64,000 bases of DNA from Cyclonatronaceae bacterium (GCA_046483675.1 JAWOCT010000065.1:21499-85498); one strand, 5' to 3'. Shown: positions 38,179 to 50,257, numbered from the stretch's first letter. Notes: generated from the letters alone by a model not told the origin. A program made the numbers and translations.

Positions 38179-40081
38179 GGAGTACCAACATACCACTCCC
38201 GTCGCATCATTTGCCCGTTTATGCGAGACACTATCTGCCGTGATGCAGACCCGATCCTCCCGGCGCAAAATATCCCTGTTTGCCGCCTACCTGGAGTCGC
38301 TGCAATCCGATGCCGATGTCTCCCTTGCAGCACAATTCACAGCTGAAGGTGCCTTCCCGGCTCTTTCCGGCCGCCGGACAGCGGTAGGACACCGGACCGT
38401 CGGACTCACAGCCGCCGATTTCTGCGGCATCGACTACGAAAAGGTGTTCAAGCCCTGCCGCACCGCCACCGGTAGCGCTTCGGAGGCCATTGAAAAGCTG
38501 ATGGACAATCTGCCGGAAGCCGTCGCACGGCGCGAGCCCCGCCAGCTGTCCCTTCAGGCGGTCTCGGCCGAGTGGGAGCGGCTGGCATCGGGACCCAACC
38601 GTGAGGAAAAACAGCAGATCCTATGCGGGATATGGGAGCAGATGACCGCCCGCGAGATCCGCTTAATGATCCGCATGATGGGACAGGGTTCGCTCCGTAT
38701 CGGCTTTGAACTGCGCAGCATCCTCCCCGCCATATCGATGGCTTTCGGCGCCGATCCCGAAGAGGTGCGCCGGGTACATATGCTCACCGGTGAAATCGGC
38801 AGGACGGCCGTTCTGACCCGGCAAAAAATGCTACATACGGCCGTCTTCCGCATGTTCCAGCCGGTGGCTTTCATGCTGGCCTCCCCTGCCGAAGTGCTTT
38901 CTGTCGAGAAGCCGGCCGACTATATCGCCGAAGAAAAATTCGACGGGATGCGGGCCCAGGTCCATATCGATGGCATTGAATGCCGGCTCTTCTCACGTGA
39001 TCTGAACGACATCACCGGGGCCTACCCGGATGTCGCCGCGCAACTGCGTAGTGCAGAAGAGATGGCGAAAAGCCAAAGCGGCGGAACCGATCCTGTTTCA
39101 CCTGAAACAGGTCCCCCGGACCATCTTGCAAAAAAGGGGACTGTTGAGCTCGGCAACAAGCATGGTAAAAAGCATGACAATAACCATGACAATTACCATG
39201 GCAAAAACCATGCTTCCCACCCCGTCTCCTCCGGAATCGTACTCGATGGCGAACTCTGTGTGTATAGCAATGGTCATATCCAGCCGTTTCAGTACCTGCA
39301 GAAACGCATGGGCGTTAAAAAACCGGGTCGCAAGCTGATTGAAGAACATCCTGTCGTGTTCATTGCCTATGACCTGCTGTTCCTGGATGGTGAACCGGTG
39401 CTGGATCTGCCGCTCACCGAGCGTCGCCGCAGGCTGGAGCAATTTTGCGCACGCAGCGGCATCCCCTGTTCACGGCAATTCTCGCTGCGATCGAACAATG
39501 ACATTGAACAGCTTTTCCATCAGGCGTTGGCACACGGCAATGAAGGCCTGGTACTGAAACGGTGTGACAGCATCTATGAATACGGTCAGCGCAACAAATC
39601 CTGGCTCAAGATCAAGGAACCAGGCGGGTCGCTCGACACGATCATCATGTACGCCCATGCCGGAAGCGGTCGGCGCGGCGGCACCTACTCCGATTTCACC
39701 CTCGGGATACGGGTGGATGAGGACGAGCGCTATGAAGAGCAGTTTATCCCCATCGGCAAGGCCTACGGCGGATACACGGACCAGGAGCTGACCAGGTTGA
39801 ACCGACGGATCCGGGAGCTGGCTGTGGAGCGGTTCGGGCCGACCCTTTCGCTCAGGCCGGGCATTGTGGTGGAGGTGGAATTTGACGACATCCAGGTAAA
39901 TCGTCGCACCAAGGCAGGATACACACTGCGATTTCCCCGGTTCCGGGCCATCCGCTGGGATCTTTCCCCCGCAGACACCGACACCCTGGCCGATGTGGAG
40001 TGTCTCTATCAGCAGCGTTCACAACGGAGTAAAATCGATTCAACGGAAGCGAGTATCGTGTTTCCCGACAAACCGTCCTGA
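38168..40081 (+). CDS. ATP-dependent DNA ligase (ligase-associated damage-response type)
   Basis: Adenylation motif I EEKFDGMRAQ (KxDG), LDGELCVY, FIAYDLLFLDG, EGLVLKR, WLKIK, and a C-terminal OB domain LRFPRF. Confidence 0.9.
   Translation: MSAEEYQHTTPVASFARLCETLSAVMQTRSSRRKISLFAAYLESLQSDADVSLAAQFTAEGAFPALSGRRTAVGHRTVGLTAADFCGIDYEKVFKPCRTATGSASEAIEKLMDNLPEAVARREPRQLSLQAVSAEWERLASGPNREEKQQILCGIWEQMTAREIRLMIRMMGQGSLRIGFELRSILPAISMAFGADPEEVRRVHMLTGEIGRTAVLTRQKMLHTAVFRMFQPVAFMLASPAEVLSVEKPADYIAEEKFDGMRAQVHIDGIECRLFSRDLNDITGAYPDVAAQLRSAEEMAKSQSGGTDPVSPETGPPDHLAKKGTVELGNKHGKKHDNNHDNYHGKNHASHPVSSGIVLDGELCVYSNGHIQPFQYLQKRMGVKKPGRKLIEEHPVVFIAYDLLFLDGEPVLDLPLTERRRRLEQFCARSGIPCSRQFSLRSNNDIEQLFHQALAHGNEGLVLKRCDSIYEYGQRNKSWLKIKEPGGSLDTIIMYAHAGSGRRGGTYSDFTLGIRVDEDERYEEQFIPIGKAYGGYTDQELTRLNRRIRELAVERFGPTLSLRPGIVVEVEFDDIQVNRRTKAGYTLRFPRFRAIRWDLSPADTDTLADVECLYQQRSQRSKIDSTEASIVFPDKPS
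39161..39220 (+). repeat. 12-bp tandem repeat, about 5 copies, in frame in the ligase
   Basis: catggtaaaaag / catgacaataac / catgacaattac / catggcaaaaac / catgcttcccac, encoding HGKK-HDNN-HDNY-HGKN-HASH. Confidence 0.85.
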
Positions 40082-40169
40082 CTGTACTCACCCTGGAGAG
40101 ACCGGATGCTGCAACAAAAAATAAACGCAACAAAAGATAAACGCAGGTGTTGCTGCGCAATGCACCGGA

Positions 40170-42173
40170 CTATTTTGCGAGATCTTTTTTACACGCCTCT
40201 ACCACACGCTCTACGGTAAAGCCCAGTGCTTTCATGGCTTCGCCGGCAGGTGCCGAGACTCCAAATCGCTCCAATGAAATACTCGATCCGTTTGCGCCGA
40301 TGTATTTTTCCCAGCCAAGCGAAACACCGGCTTCGATCGATATACGTTTTTTTATTTCAGGTTTAAGGACCGAGTTCCGGTATGATGCCGGTTGCTGATC
40401 GAATACTTCCTGACAACCCATGTTTACCACTCTGACATGTACGCCATCCTTGCCGAGTTCTTCTCTTGCTCCCAGGGCCAGCTGCACTTCCGAACCCGTA
40501 GCGATCAGGATCATTTCATCATTTTCACTGCCCGCCATCACGTAGGCGCCACGGGTGATTTCGCTGGCCGGTGCCAGGTCCTTTCGATCGAATATGGGCA
40601 ACCCCTGTCGGGTAAGGATCAATGCAACAGGTCCGTCCTTTCGCTCAATGGCCATTTGCCATGCGTAAGCTGTTTCGTTTGCATCGGCCGGTCGGATGAC
40701 ATGCAAATTGGGAATGGCCCGCAGTGCCTGCAGATGTTCGACAGGCTGGTGAGTGGGACCGTCCTCTCCCAGTCCGATACTGTCATGGGTAAATACATAG
40801 ATTACGGGTATCCCCATCATTGCGGCAAGACGGATCGTCGGACGCATGTAATCAGAAAAGATAAGAAACGTACCGCCATAGGGTCTCAAACCGCTCAGTG
40901 TCATGCCGTTCATTATGGCACCCATTCCATGCTCCCGTATGCCGTACCGGATGTAGCGTCCGGAATAATTATCGGCTGAAAAATCCTGCAGTGTCTTCGC
41001 CAACGTGTTGTTGGAAGGTGTGAGATCCGCCGAACCGCCAATGATGAGAGGGCTCGCCGCAACCACTTTTTCAAGTACCTTTCCGGATGCTTTGCGCGTA
41101 GCTGTCTTGCCATCTGACGATGAAAATTCCGGCAGTACATCCTGCCAGTTGATGGCAGTCGCACCATCCTGAAAAGCCCTGAACTCTTTATACAGTTCCG
41201 GATGATTTTTCTCGTATGCAGCAAGTCCTTTTCCCCATTCATTTTCCAGTTTTTGACCCTTTTCGATGGCCTTGCGAAATACCTCAAGGGCCTGTTCCGG
41301 AACGGCGAAAGTGGTGTCGGGATCGAATCCGAAGTTTTTCTTGGTCAGCCGCACTTCTTCCTCGCCCAGGGCGGCACCATGAACGCCGGCCGTATCCTGC
41401 TTGTTGGGACTTCCGAAACCTATGTTGGTTTTCGTTGCAATCAGTGAGGGTTTGCCACCGTTGCTCTCCAGACAGCTCACCAAGGCATTCTCAATGGATT
41501 TGAGGTCATTGCCATCGGCTTCAACCACGTTCCATCCGTAACCTCTGAACCGTTTCGGGACATCTTCGGAGAAGGAAAGGTCGGTGCTGCCATCTATGGT
41601 GATGCCATTGTCATCATAAAAATAGATCAGGTTGTCAAGTTTGAGATGACCGGCAAGGGAGGCGGTTTCACTTTGTACTCCTTCCATCATATCGCCATCA
41701 CTCACAATGGCATATATCTTGTAATCAAATGGTTTAAAATCCTCCCTGTTGAAGTAGGATGCCAGGTATTTCTGTGCAATGGCCATGCCAACACCGTTTC
41801 CAAAACCCTGACCCAACGGGCCGGTTGTTGTTTCCACACCCGGTGTCTGACCGAATTCAGGATGACCCGGCGTTCTGCTGTCCAGCTGACGGAATGCCTT
41901 GAGCTCATCCAATTCCAGATCGAAACCGGTCAGGTGCAACAGCGAGTACAGCAACATGGAGCCATGCCCCGCAGAAAGCACAAAACGGTCCCGGTTCGGC
42001 CAATCCGGATTTTTGGGATTGTATCTCAAATAACGGGTCCAGAGAACATAGGCGAGCGGTGCGGTCCCCATAGGCATCCCGGGATGTCCGGATGCAGCTT
42101 TTTCGATGGCATCTATGGTCAGGGTCCGTATGGTATTGATGCAAAGAGCGTCAAGATCGGTGCTGGATTTCAT
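40170..42173 (-). CDS. tkt: transketolase
   Basis: [20 protein letters not shown], the TPP motif GDGDMMEG-like [23 protein letters not shown], and a C-terminal domain; 667 aa. Confidence 0.96.
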   Translation of the reverse strand: MKSSTDLDALCINTIRTLTIDAIEKAASGHPGMPMGTAPLAYVLWTRYLRYNPKNPDWPNRDRFVLSAGHGSMLLYSLLHLTGFDLELDELKAFRQLDSRTPGHPEFGQTPGVETTTGPLGQGFGNGVGMAIAQKYLASYFNREDFKPFDYKIYAIVSDGDMMEGVQSETASLAGHLKLDNLIYFYDDNGITIDGSTDLSFSEDVPKRFRGYGWNVVEADGNDLKSIENALVSCLESNGGKPSLIATKTNIGFGSPNKQDTAGVHGAALGEEEVRLTKKNFGFDPDTTFAVPEQALEVFRKAIEKGQKLENEWGKGLAAYEKNHPELYKEFRAFQDGATAINWQDVLPEFSSSDGKTATRKASGKVLEKVVAASPLIIGGSADLTPSNNTLAKTLQDFSADNYSGRYIRYGIREHGMGAIMNGMTLSGLRPYGGTFLIFSDYMRPTIRLAAMMGIPVIYVFTHDSIGLGEDGPTHQPVEHLQALRAIPNLHVIRPADANETAYAWQMAIERKDGPVALILTRQGLPIFDRKDLAPASEITRGAYVMAGSENDEMILIATGSEVQLALGAREELGKDGVHVRVVNMGCQEVFDQQPASYRNSVLKPEIKKRISIEAGVSLGWEKYIGANGSSISLERFGVSAPAGEAMKALGFTVERVVEACKKDLAK

Positions 42174-42353
42174 GAATTTTTATTTTTGGGATTTACTGGC
42201 AGATAATATTTGAGTGGAACATACGTCTTGCAGCTCTTTTCGGCAACTGACAGTTTGATTCTGTCATTTTATTCATTACAAATTATCGAGAACCGTTAAA
42301 AAAAACGTACGACTGTAATCTGACATTACGATAGACAGCGTCGGTATTGAAAG

Positions 42354-42387
42354 TAAAAAAGCCCGGTCTGCTCTCACAGCACCGGGC
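42354..42387 (-). terminator. rho-independent terminator after the glutamine synthetase gene
   Basis: The minus strand reads AGCCCGGT-(13 nt)-ACCGGGCT followed by TTTTTTAC, about 50 bp after the stop at 42438. Confidence 0.65.
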
Positions 42388-42437
42388 TTGCTCTTTCCTC
42401 CTGTTGCGTCAGGAAGTATCTTCTGTTTTTCTGTCAG

Positions 42438-44633
42438 TTATTTCACGAACAGCATCTCGCGATAGGAAGGCAGGGGCCAGAAGTCGTCCGGCACCAGCTT
42501 TTCGAGTTTGTCGGCCAGTTCACGGACCTTGTTCATCTCAGGTAGTACCACCTTTGAGAGGTGTTCCGCTTTTTCGGGGATTGTGTCCCCACCGAGATCC
42601 TCGTTCACCTTGCGGAGCTTGTCGATGGCGATCAGGAGCTGACTCAGTATTGTATTGACTTCCTCGGCCAGCGTCCTGGTGGAGGTTATGTCAAGCCCGC
42701 TCGCTTTACCGCGGTCGTTGACCGCAAGAATCTCGTTCAGATAGCGGATGGTGGCCGGTATGACCATTGTGCGTACAATATCCTCGGTCGTTTCGGCCTC
42801 GATGTTCAGCCGCATGAAGTACTGCTCAAGGTATATTTCAAGTCGGGATTCCAGCTCCAGACCCGACAACACGTGGTTTTTCTCGAAAAGCGCCACAGCT
42901 TTCTCATCGGTCAGGTAGGGCAGGGCATCCATCGTAGTCTTGAGATTGAGCAATCCCCGGCTGGTTGCCTCTTTCTGCCAATCCTCGGAGTAACCGTCAC
43001 CATGGAACAGGATGCTGTCAATCTGCCGGAAGGTGGTTTGCAATACGACCCCCAGCGCATCTTCCAGTCCGCCGCCTTTTTCCAGCTCTGCTTCGAGTTC
43101 ACTCGTCATGTCATCAATGGCGCTTGCAACCGCCGTGTTGAGCACCGTGACAGGAAACGAAACGGTCTGCTCCGATCCTACTGCGCGGAATTCGAACTTG
43201 TTCCCCGTAAAGGCAAAAGGCGAAGTCCTGTTACGATCGCCCGCATGCTTGGGAATGGTCGGCAAGATCGGGATACCCAGTCCGAGCAGCCCTTCTTTTT
43301 TCGAGCTTTTCGCTTTGCCCGATTTGAGTTGCTGCACGATATCGTCCAGCTGCTCGCCGATGTAGGCGGATATGATGGCGGGCGGCGCTTCGTTGGCACC
43401 CAGACGGTGATCATTGCCCGCACTTGCAATGGAGGCCCGAAGCAATCCCTGATATTCGTAGACCGCCTTGAGGGTAGCCGCAAAAAAGAACAAGAATAGC
43501 ATGTTCTCGTGAGGACTTTCGCCCGGTTCCAGCAAATTCGCGCCCTTGCTGGTTACCACGGACCAGTTGGCGTGCTTTCCGCTGCCATTCAAACCGGCAA
43601 AAGGCTTTTCATGCAGGAGGCACACAAGTCCATATTTGCGGGCGATGCGTTTCAGGGTGATCATGGTGAGCTGCTGGTGGTCAGCAGCCACATTGGCCTT
43701 TTCGAAAACCGGTGCGATCTCATACTGGCTTGGAGCCACCTCGTTGTGACGGGTCTTGACCGGCACACCGATCCGGTACAGCTCCTTTTCCACTTCAAAC
43801 ATGTACGAGAGGATGCGATCAGGGATAGAGCCGAAATAGTGATCGTCCAGTTCCTGCCCTTTGGGCGGCTTTGCACCAAACAGTGTCCGTCCGGATGTCA
43901 ACAAATCGGGCCTGCGATAGTAATATTCCTGATCAATCAGGAAATATTCCTGCTCGAATCCGCCGGTTGCATTGACCCAGGTTACGTCCTCTTCACCAAA
44001 ATGTTTAAGGGCACGCAAGGCCTGTTTGTTGAGGGCTTCCACCGAACGAAGCAGCGGGGTCTTGAAATCAAGCGACTCCCCTTTCCAGGAAGCAAAAACC
44101 GTGGGGATGCAGAGCGTAGAACCATTACCGTTTTCTATGATGAAAGCCGGTGAAGTAGGATCCCAGGCCGTGTAGCCACGGGCTTCAAATGTCGGCCGCA
44201 GACCGCCGCTGGGGAAGCTGGATGCATCGGGTTCACCGCGCATCAGGTCGTTCCCGGAAAACTGGGTAATCGCACCCCCTCCCTGGTTGGGGGTGATAAA
44301 ACTGTCATGTTTTTCCGCCGTAGCTCCGGTCAGCGGCTGGAACCAGTGCGTGTAATGGGTCGCACCTTTTTCAGTGGCCCATTCCTTCATGACCACCGCC
44401 ACCGCATCAGCAACTTCGAAGTCAAGCGGTGCATTGTCGCGAATGGTTTTCTTGAGGATCTTCCACACCGACTTTGGAAGACGTTCCTTGAGGGTATCAA
44501 TGGACAGACAGTTTTCACCGAATATCTTGGCCACATTCATGTCCGTTTTTCCCGACCCGTTCCTGGCCAACAGGTTGGCTTCCGCTTTACGAACGGCTTG
44601 GAGTGCATCGAATCTCCTATACGTCTTACTCAT
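42438..44633 (-). CDS. glnN: glutamine synthetase, type III
   Basis: The 731-aa length and layout are typical of GSIII. Motifs include [19 protein letters not shown] and [12 protein letters not shown]. Confidence 0.92.
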   Translation of the reverse strand: MSKTYRRFDALQAVRKAEANLLARNGSGKTDMNVAKIFGENCLSIDTLKERLPKSVWKILKKTIRDNAPLDFEVADAVAVVMKEWATEKGATHYTHWFQPLTGATAEKHDSFITPNQGGGAITQFSGNDLMRGEPDASSFPSGGLRPTFEARGYTAWDPTSPAFIIENGNGSTLCIPTVFASWKGESLDFKTPLLRSVEALNKQALRALKHFGEEDVTWVNATGGFEQEYFLIDQEYYYRRPDLLTSGRTLFGAKPPKGQELDDHYFGSIPDRILSYMFEVEKELYRIGVPVKTRHNEVAPSQYEIAPVFEKANVAADHQQLTMITLKRIARKYGLVCLLHEKPFAGLNGSGKHANWSVVTSKGANLLEPGESPHENMLFLFFFAATLKAVYEYQGLLRASIASAGNDHRLGANEAPPAIISAYIGEQLDDIVQQLKSGKAKSSKKEGLLGLGIPILPTIPKHAGDRNRTSPFAFTGNKFEFRAVGSEQTVSFPVTVLNTAVASAIDDMTSELEAELEKGGGLEDALGVVLQTTFRQIDSILFHGDGYSEDWQKEATSRGLLNLKTTMDALPYLTDEKAVALFEKNHVLSGLELESRLEIYLEQYFMRLNIEAETTEDIVRTMVIPATIRYLNEILAVNDRGKASGLDITSTRTLAEEVNTILSQLLIAIDKLRKVNEDLGGDTIPEKAEHLSKVVLPEMNKVRELADKLEKLVPDDFWPLPSYREMLFVK

Positions 44634-44936
44634 ACAAATCAGTTAAGGGTTTGGATTAGGTTTGGATCATTCAAAGCTTACAACGACAGCACAAATATAA
44701 ATCATTCCTTTCAAAATACCATATTTTTTTAATTTTTTTCAACAAAAGAACTTATTATTTGACGATTTAAAAATATTTACCTTTATACTGTTCAAAAAAG
44801 CGCTTACAGCAAGGTTCGGGGGGTTACTTGTTTTGTTTTGCTTATTTTAAAAACCGGCAAACTTTTTTCAGGCTGGATGGATTATCTGTCTGAAAACCGG
44901 TGACTGCCGTTTTCGAAGAAGCGGGACGGGCCTACC

Positions 44937-45857
44937 GTGGATAAGGCACCCATAACCCTGAGCAATGGTAAAAGCATGAATGTATCTGTATGGATGGAGG
45001 CAGCACGCCTTCGAACGCTTCCGGCTTCGATCGTACCGATTATGGTCGGCGCATCACTGGCATGGAATCACGATGGATTTTCCGTGTCGGCCACTCTCGT
45101 TGCTTTATTTTGTGCCGTATTGATACAGATTGCCACCAATTTTGCCAATGATTACTTTGATTTCCGCAATGGAGCCGATGCCCATGACCGGGTGGGCTTC
45201 GAGCGGGCATCCGCCTCGGGGCTGATCCAACCGGAAACCATGCGCCGGGCTGCCATAAGCACATTTTCCTTGGCTTTTTTACTCGGTTTATATCTGGTGT
45301 TCCACGCTGGCTGGCCTGTACTGGTCATCGGGGTGCTCTCCATAACGGCCGGCATCATGTACACTGGTGGCCCATTTCCACTGGCCTACAACGGACTTGG
45401 GGATGTATTCGTCTTCCTTTTTTTCGGGCTGGTCGCCGTGACGGGGACCTATTATGTCAACACCCAGCAATGGTCCGGGGAGGCATTCATGGGAGCTATC
45501 GCGGTGGGTTCACTGTCCACCATGATATTGGCGGCCAACAACTACCGCGATATTAATGGTGATCGCAAGGCGGACAAGCGCACGCTTGCCGTACTCCTGG
45601 GGGAATCTTTTACCCGCTGGCAATATCTGTTGCTGGCCTTGCTTGCTTTCGCCGTCCCACCTTATTTCTACTTTGTTGAATCCTATGATCTCGTAATCCT
45701 GCTGCCCCTGATCCTGATTATACCTGCCTTTTTTCTTATCCGATGGTTCTGGAAAGAAACCAGAAAAGAGCAATTCAATTCCATCCTGGTCCGAACGGCC
45801 CAGTTGATGACCGCCTTCGGCATTTTGTTTTCACTTGGCATCCTCTTGTCGAAGTAA
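44937..45857 (+). CDS. menA: 1,4-dihydroxy-2-naphthoate polyprenyltransferase
   Basis: UbiA-family membrane protein: NFANDYFDFRNG (NxxxDxxxD), a second Asp-rich region NNYRDINGDRKADKRTLAV, and about 8-9 TM segments. The ORF-track start is GTG; an in-frame ATG (MNVSVW) lies 13 codons downstream. Confidence 0.88.
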   Translation: MDKAPITLSNGKSMNVSVWMEAARLRTLPASIVPIMVGASLAWNHDGFSVSATLVALFCAVLIQIATNFANDYFDFRNGADAHDRVGFERASASGLIQPETMRRAAISTFSLAFLLGLYLVFHAGWPVLVIGVLSITAGIMYTGGPFPLAYNGLGDVFVFLFFGLVAVTGTYYVNTQQWSGEAFMGAIAVGSLSTMILAANNYRDINGDRKADKRTLAVLLGESFTRWQYLLLALLAFAVPPYFYFVESYDLVILLPLILIIPAFFLIRWFWKETRKEQFNSILVRTAQLMTAFGILFSLGILLSK

Positions 45858-45878
45858 ACCGATCTGTTCCAACAAACA

Positions 45879-47057
45879 ATGACGACCTTTCGTCACCCAT
45901 TTTTTTCAATGAAAAAAACGTCGCTGCAACTATACCGCTATTCCATCCCGCTTCGAACCCCCTTCCACTCCGCCGCCGGGACCATTAAAAAAAGGGAAGG
46001 TTTGTTGATGGGTGACCTCCCGGCTATTTGGACGGAAATAGCCCCGCTGCCCGGATTTTCTACAGAAACGGTCGGAGAGTGTAGCGAATTCCTGATCGAG
46101 CATGCCAAGAAGATCGCGCACCATTTCCGTAATACTTCAATCGATGAACTGCTTTCTGATCTGTCGATAACGGATCAGTTGAACAGACTGCCTTCGGTCC
46201 GGTTCGGCCTTTCCATGCTTTCCGAGCAACAGAAGGCCATAAATGCGGGGCATCCCCTCCATGTCTTCTGGAAGGAGCAGCTTTTCCCTGACAGGCAGGA
46301 TGCGTCATCAACCGGCCATACCGTCCGCTGCAATGCCGTACTGCCCTTGTCCGATACGGATGCATTGTCTGAAACCATTCACATTCGCAAGGAATCCGGG
46401 TTTCGCACTCTCAAGATCAAATTGCCCGAGCAGCCCCGAGAGGCAAGCTCCCTGATCCACCAGGTCTGCGAAGGATTTCCTGACCTGGTCTTCCGCTTTG
46501 ATGCCAACAGGGCGTTTTCATTGTCCGATGCCCGCATTCTGTTCGAGAGCCTGAATCAAGATCGCAACGATCCGATCAAAGGTCTACCTATTCAAAACCT
46601 GCAGTACATTGAAGAACCCCTTCAGGATCCCGATCCTGCTGATATGGCCGAACTCTCAAAAACAGGAGTGCCCCTCGCGGCTGACGAATCCGCCCGAACA
46701 CCCGCGGATGTCCGCTCTTTTGCGGAGAGTAACAGTGTTGCCTTCCTGGTCATCAAACCGATGCTGTTCGGCTCTTTCACTGAACTGACTTCAGCCATCA
46801 GGGGTCCATTGCCCGTGGTCATTTCCTCGGTTTTCGAAACCGTCGTCGGACGAACACTGCTGGCCCATCTGGCTTCTGTCTGCAATGTCAAAAGGGAACT
46901 CGATCACGGGCTGGCGACGGGTCCATTTCTTGAACATGATTTTGTCTCCACACCCAGCCGGCCTTACATTGAAACAGGCACTTTTTCCCATGGTGACATC
47001 CGTCCGGACATCCATCGCTCATGGATAACCCGCGTCAAAGCCATGGGTTCTTCATGA
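45879..47057 (+). CDS. menC: o-succinylbenzoate synthase (enolase superfamily)
   Basis: LKIKL, metal ligands FRFDANRAF and YIEEP, ADES, and its position between menA and menE. An alternative start is at 45909 (MKKTSLQLY). Confidence 0.78.
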   Translation: MTTFRHPFFSMKKTSLQLYRYSIPLRTPFHSAAGTIKKREGLLMGDLPAIWTEIAPLPGFSTETVGECSEFLIEHAKKIAHHFRNTSIDELLSDLSITDQLNRLPSVRFGLSMLSEQQKAINAGHPLHVFWKEQLFPDRQDASSTGHTVRCNAVLPLSDTDALSETIHIRKESGFRTLKIKLPEQPREASSLIHQVCEGFPDLVFRFDANRAFSLSDARILFESLNQDRNDPIKGLPIQNLQYIEEPLQDPDPADMAELSKTGVPLAADESARTPADVRSFAESNSVAFLVIKPMLFGSFTELTSAIRGPLPVVISSVFETVVGRTLLAHLASVCNVKRELDHGLATGPFLEHDFVSTPSRPYIETGTFSHGDIRPDIHRSWITRVKAMGSS

Positions 47058-47097
47058 ACAACCTTATCAGGCATTCACTTGTGATGCATTCCAGATC

Positions 47098-48966
47098 ATG
47101 TCCTCAAGCAACTCAAATAAATCCACAAATACATCCGGGAATAAATCTCTCAGCAAAGATGCTTCCCGTGGGGGCCTTGCATTCCTGACCGATGGTCACC
47201 GTATCGTCCGTTACCGTGACCTGCCAAAAATTGTTGCAAACGCCCATCAGATCCTGAAGGCTCATCTGCATCCCTGTCATGACCGATTCACCTCCCGGAT
47301 CTTCCCGGAAAATCCTGTCCGACCCAAAAGCAGGGCAAAATCCGCCCGGCTTGACTCCAGAGGGCCTTATCAGGGTCGACCCCCGGTCATTGCCATTGAT
47401 ACAAGTGACCGGTTTGAAGCCATTTTGTGGATGGTGTACTGCTGGGAACAGACCATTCCATTCGTGCCCTGGAGCTTTTCATATCCAGGACCGCTGAATC
47501 TTTATGCTCCAGATATCCTCCTGTCGTCGGAAAGGTTGGACGAATTTTCACCCGAGGGAGATCTTAATCCGAAGCAAATGGAGGGTGGCACAAATCGTAG
47601 TTTCCATGCAGATATCTCTCTGTCACAATCACCGCTCTCCGGATCTGTCACGGAACCGGCGGAAGAAAATGAACCTGTCGATCCTGGAATCAGGATACCC
47701 TCCACCGCAAACCCCGATGCTCTTTTCTGCGGATTGACGACCTCAGGCAGTTCGGGACGACCCAAGCGGGTCGCACTTCTGAGGAGGAATATTATCGCAG
47801 CAGCGCGCAATGCATTTCGTTGTCTTCGTGCGGAACCCGCAACCGATCATGCTTTGTGGGGGAACTGCCTCCCACTCTATCACACCGGTGGATTGGCCAT
47901 TGTCTTTCGGGCCCTGCTAAGTGGAAGCGGGATTTACCTTTGGGACCGGTTTGAACCTGAGCGGATTTCTCGTGATCTGCAACATAATGCGGACATTTTC
48001 GGGATATCACTGGTGCCCACCATGATGAAGCGCCTCCTGGACCACTCAGCTGCATCCGTCCCGGATGCTCAGGGTTACCGAGCCTCAAGTTCTGCGACTG
48101 CAGCCGACACAGCGGCGGGCTCGGGTGCCATTCTCAACGTTTCAGCGCCATCTTCACTGCGTCAGGTATTGTTGGGTGGCGGTCCGGCCAGCACCAATTT
48201 GATTCGGGATGCGCGCAAGGCAGGCTGGCCTGTGTGTTTCAGCTATGGAATGACCGAGACCTGCGGTCAGATAGCCGCGCAAAGTCCTGACCGTTCCAGT
48301 CACGAGGGATCGGTCGGCTTGCCGTTTCCGGATCATGATGTGGAAATCCGCAACGATTCCGGTCACCCCCTCCCGGCGAAATCGGTCGGGGCACTGTGGG
48401 TCCGGGGCCCCCAGGTTTTTCCCGGATACGTTGACGATAAGCTCGACCACGCTGCCGGCGGTCCCGATTGCCGCGGATGGTTCCATACCGGAGATATCGG
48501 GTGGATCGATATTGCAGGCAACCTGTTTATCGAAGCCCGCAGAACCGATCTGATCCTTTCCGGTGGTGAAAACATCAATCCCGAAGAAGTGGAATCCGTA
48601 CTTCGCTCATGTCCCGGTGTGGCCGATGCCGGGGTTACGGGTGTTGCCGATGAGGAGTGGGGGCAAATAGTGGTGGCCCTCGTCGTACCGGCTGAAACCA
48701 GCAAAACCGATAAGGCAGACTCCGGGAAAGCTTCACATAAGTCCTCACCGAACAATTCTCCGCTATCCATACAAACCGGTGAGACCGATGTAATCAGGAA
48801 GGACGCACTGGCCGAAGATATCCGTGCCTTCGCACTAAAAAATCTTCCAGCATCACATCGCCCGAAAAAAATATTGTTCACACGCTCACTGCCGCGGACC
48901 GGGTTGGGGAAACCCGAGCGTAAAAAGCTGCAGGAACAGGCTAAAGACCTGCTCTCCGGAAAATGA
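47098..48966 (+). CDS. menE: o-succinylbenzoate-CoA ligase (AMP-binding family), strongly expanded
   Basis: The AMP-binding motif is [12 protein letters not shown]. Also [26 protein letters not shown] and a C-terminal ...[13 protein letters not shown]. It lies in the menA-menC context. At 622 aa it carries several low-complexity inserts. Confidence 0.8.
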   Translation: MSSSNSNKSTNTSGNKSLSKDASRGGLAFLTDGHRIVRYRDLPKIVANAHQILKAHLHPCHDRFTSRIFPENPVRPKSRAKSARLDSRGPYQGRPPVIAIDTSDRFEAILWMVYCWEQTIPFVPWSFSYPGPLNLYAPDILLSSERLDEFSPEGDLNPKQMEGGTNRSFHADISLSQSPLSGSVTEPAEENEPVDPGIRIPSTANPDALFCGLTTSGSSGRPKRVALLRRNIIAAARNAFRCLRAEPATDHALWGNCLPLYHTGGLAIVFRALLSGSGIYLWDRFEPERISRDLQHNADIFGISLVPTMMKRLLDHSAASVPDAQGYRASSSATAADTAAGSGAILNVSAPSSLRQVLLGGGPASTNLIRDARKAGWPVCFSYGMTETCGQIAAQSPDRSSHEGSVGLPFPDHDVEIRNDSGHPLPAKSVGALWVRGPQVFPGYVDDKLDHAAGGPDCRGWFHTGDIGWIDIAGNLFIEARRTDLILSGGENINPEEVESVLRSCPGVADAGVTGVADEEWGQIVVALVVPAETSKTDKADSGKASHKSSPNNSPLSIQTGETDVIRKDALAEDIRAFALKNLPASHRPKKILFTRSLPRTGLGKPERKKLQEQAKDLLSGK

Positions 48967-50245
48967 CATCGACATTCCGGGTGTGATGCGTCAGGTCGAA
49001 GGCCGCATCCACTTCTGATGTCCCGAGATGTTTACCTATCTCTGAATCTTCATCGATCAGTTTGCGGAACGGCGTTTTCTGTTCCCAGGCCTGCATGGCC
49101 AGGGGCTGCACGAGGTCATATGCCTTCTCGCGGGACAAGCCCTTTTCGATGAGCATCAGTAATACCCTTTGTGAAAACACCACACCATGGGTCTGATCGA
49201 TGTTTTTTTTCATGTTTTCCGGATACACCACCAGATTTTCGACCACGCCGGCAAACCGGTGCAGCATGTAGTCCAGCAGAATCAATCCATCCGGTATGAT
49301 AATGCGTTCGGCCGATGAGTGGGAGATGTCACGTTCGTGCCAGAGTGGAATATTCTCGTACGCTGTTACCATATATCCGCGCAGCACCCGGGCGCAGCCG
49401 GTAATGTTTTCCGAGCTGACCGGATTGCGCTTGTGCGGCATGGCAGAGGAACCTTTCTGGCCCTTGCGGAACTTCTCTTCGACTTCCCTGGTCTCGGTTT
49501 TTTGCAAATGCCGTATTTCCACCGCCATCTTTTCCATGCTTGCACCGATCAGGGCCAGGGTCGCTATGTAAAAGGCATGACGGTCGCGCTGCAGGGTCTG
49601 CGTTGAGACCGGCGCAGGCGTAAGTTCCAGGAGCTCACAGGTAACAGCTTCCACTTCCGGCGGTATATTGGCAAAAGTGCCGACTGCACCGGACAATTTA
49701 CCGAACTCCACCCCCTGTGCCGCAAGATCGAACCGATCCCGGTTACGCTTCATCTCCTCATACCAAAGCGCACATTTCAAACCGAACGTGGTCGGTTCCG
49801 CATGAACGCCGTGCGTGCGGCCCATCATCACGGTATACTTATGCTCGCGGGCTTTGCCAGCCAGCACGGAAATCATCCTTTCGAGCCCTTCACGGATCAG
49901 ACGGTTTGCCTGGCGCAGCCGAACGCCCAGGGCAGTATCCACAACATCGGTGGAAGTCAATCCGTAATGCACCCATTTCTTCTCGTCACCCAGCGATTCC
50001 GACACCGTCCGGGTAAAAGCCACGACATCATGTCGTGTCTGCTCCTCTATTTCATGGATGCGGTCCACATCGAACCGGGCATTTTCTTCCATCCTCCGGA
50101 TATCCTCTTCGGGAATGATACCGAGCCGGCTCCATGCTTTACATGCAGCTATTTCCACATCCAGCCATGACTGAAACTGATTCTCCTCGGTCCAGATCGA
50201 GGCCATTTCCTTTCTGGAATATCTTTCAATCATCTCTGCGTCCAA
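48941..50245 (-). CDS. purB: adenylosuccinate lyase
   Basis: YSRKEM, GLTSTDV, and the signature [11 protein letters not shown]; 434 aa. Confidence 0.95.
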   Translation of the reverse strand: MDAEMIERYSRKEMASIWTEENQFQSWLDVEIAACKAWSRLGIIPEEDIRRMEENARFDVDRIHEIEEQTRHDVVAFTRTVSESLGDEKKWVHYGLTSTDVVDTALGVRLRQANRLIREGLERMISVLAGKAREHKYTVMMGRTHGVHAEPTTFGLKCALWYEEMKRNRDRFDLAAQGVEFGKLSGAVGTFANIPPEVEAVTCELLELTPAPVSTQTLQRDRHAFYIATLALIGASMEKMAVEIRHLQKTETREVEEKFRKGQKGSSAMPHKRNPVSSENITGCARVLRGYMVTAYENIPLWHERDISHSSAERIIIPDGLILLDYMLHRFAGVVENLVVYPENMKKNIDQTHGVVFSQRVLLMLIEKGLSREKAYDLVQPLAMQAWEQKTPFRKLIDEDSEIGKHLGTSEVDAAFDLTHHTRNVDVIFRRAGL

Positions 50246-50257
50246 ATAAGTATTTAA

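Noticed and set aside
44634-44936. AT-rich divergent region between glnN and menA, examined for a glutamine riboswitch, NtcA-like sites or Bacteroidetes -33/-7 promoter motifs.
   Set aside because: I could not identify a convincing match to any of these consensus elements by eye. It is probably just the divergent promoter region.
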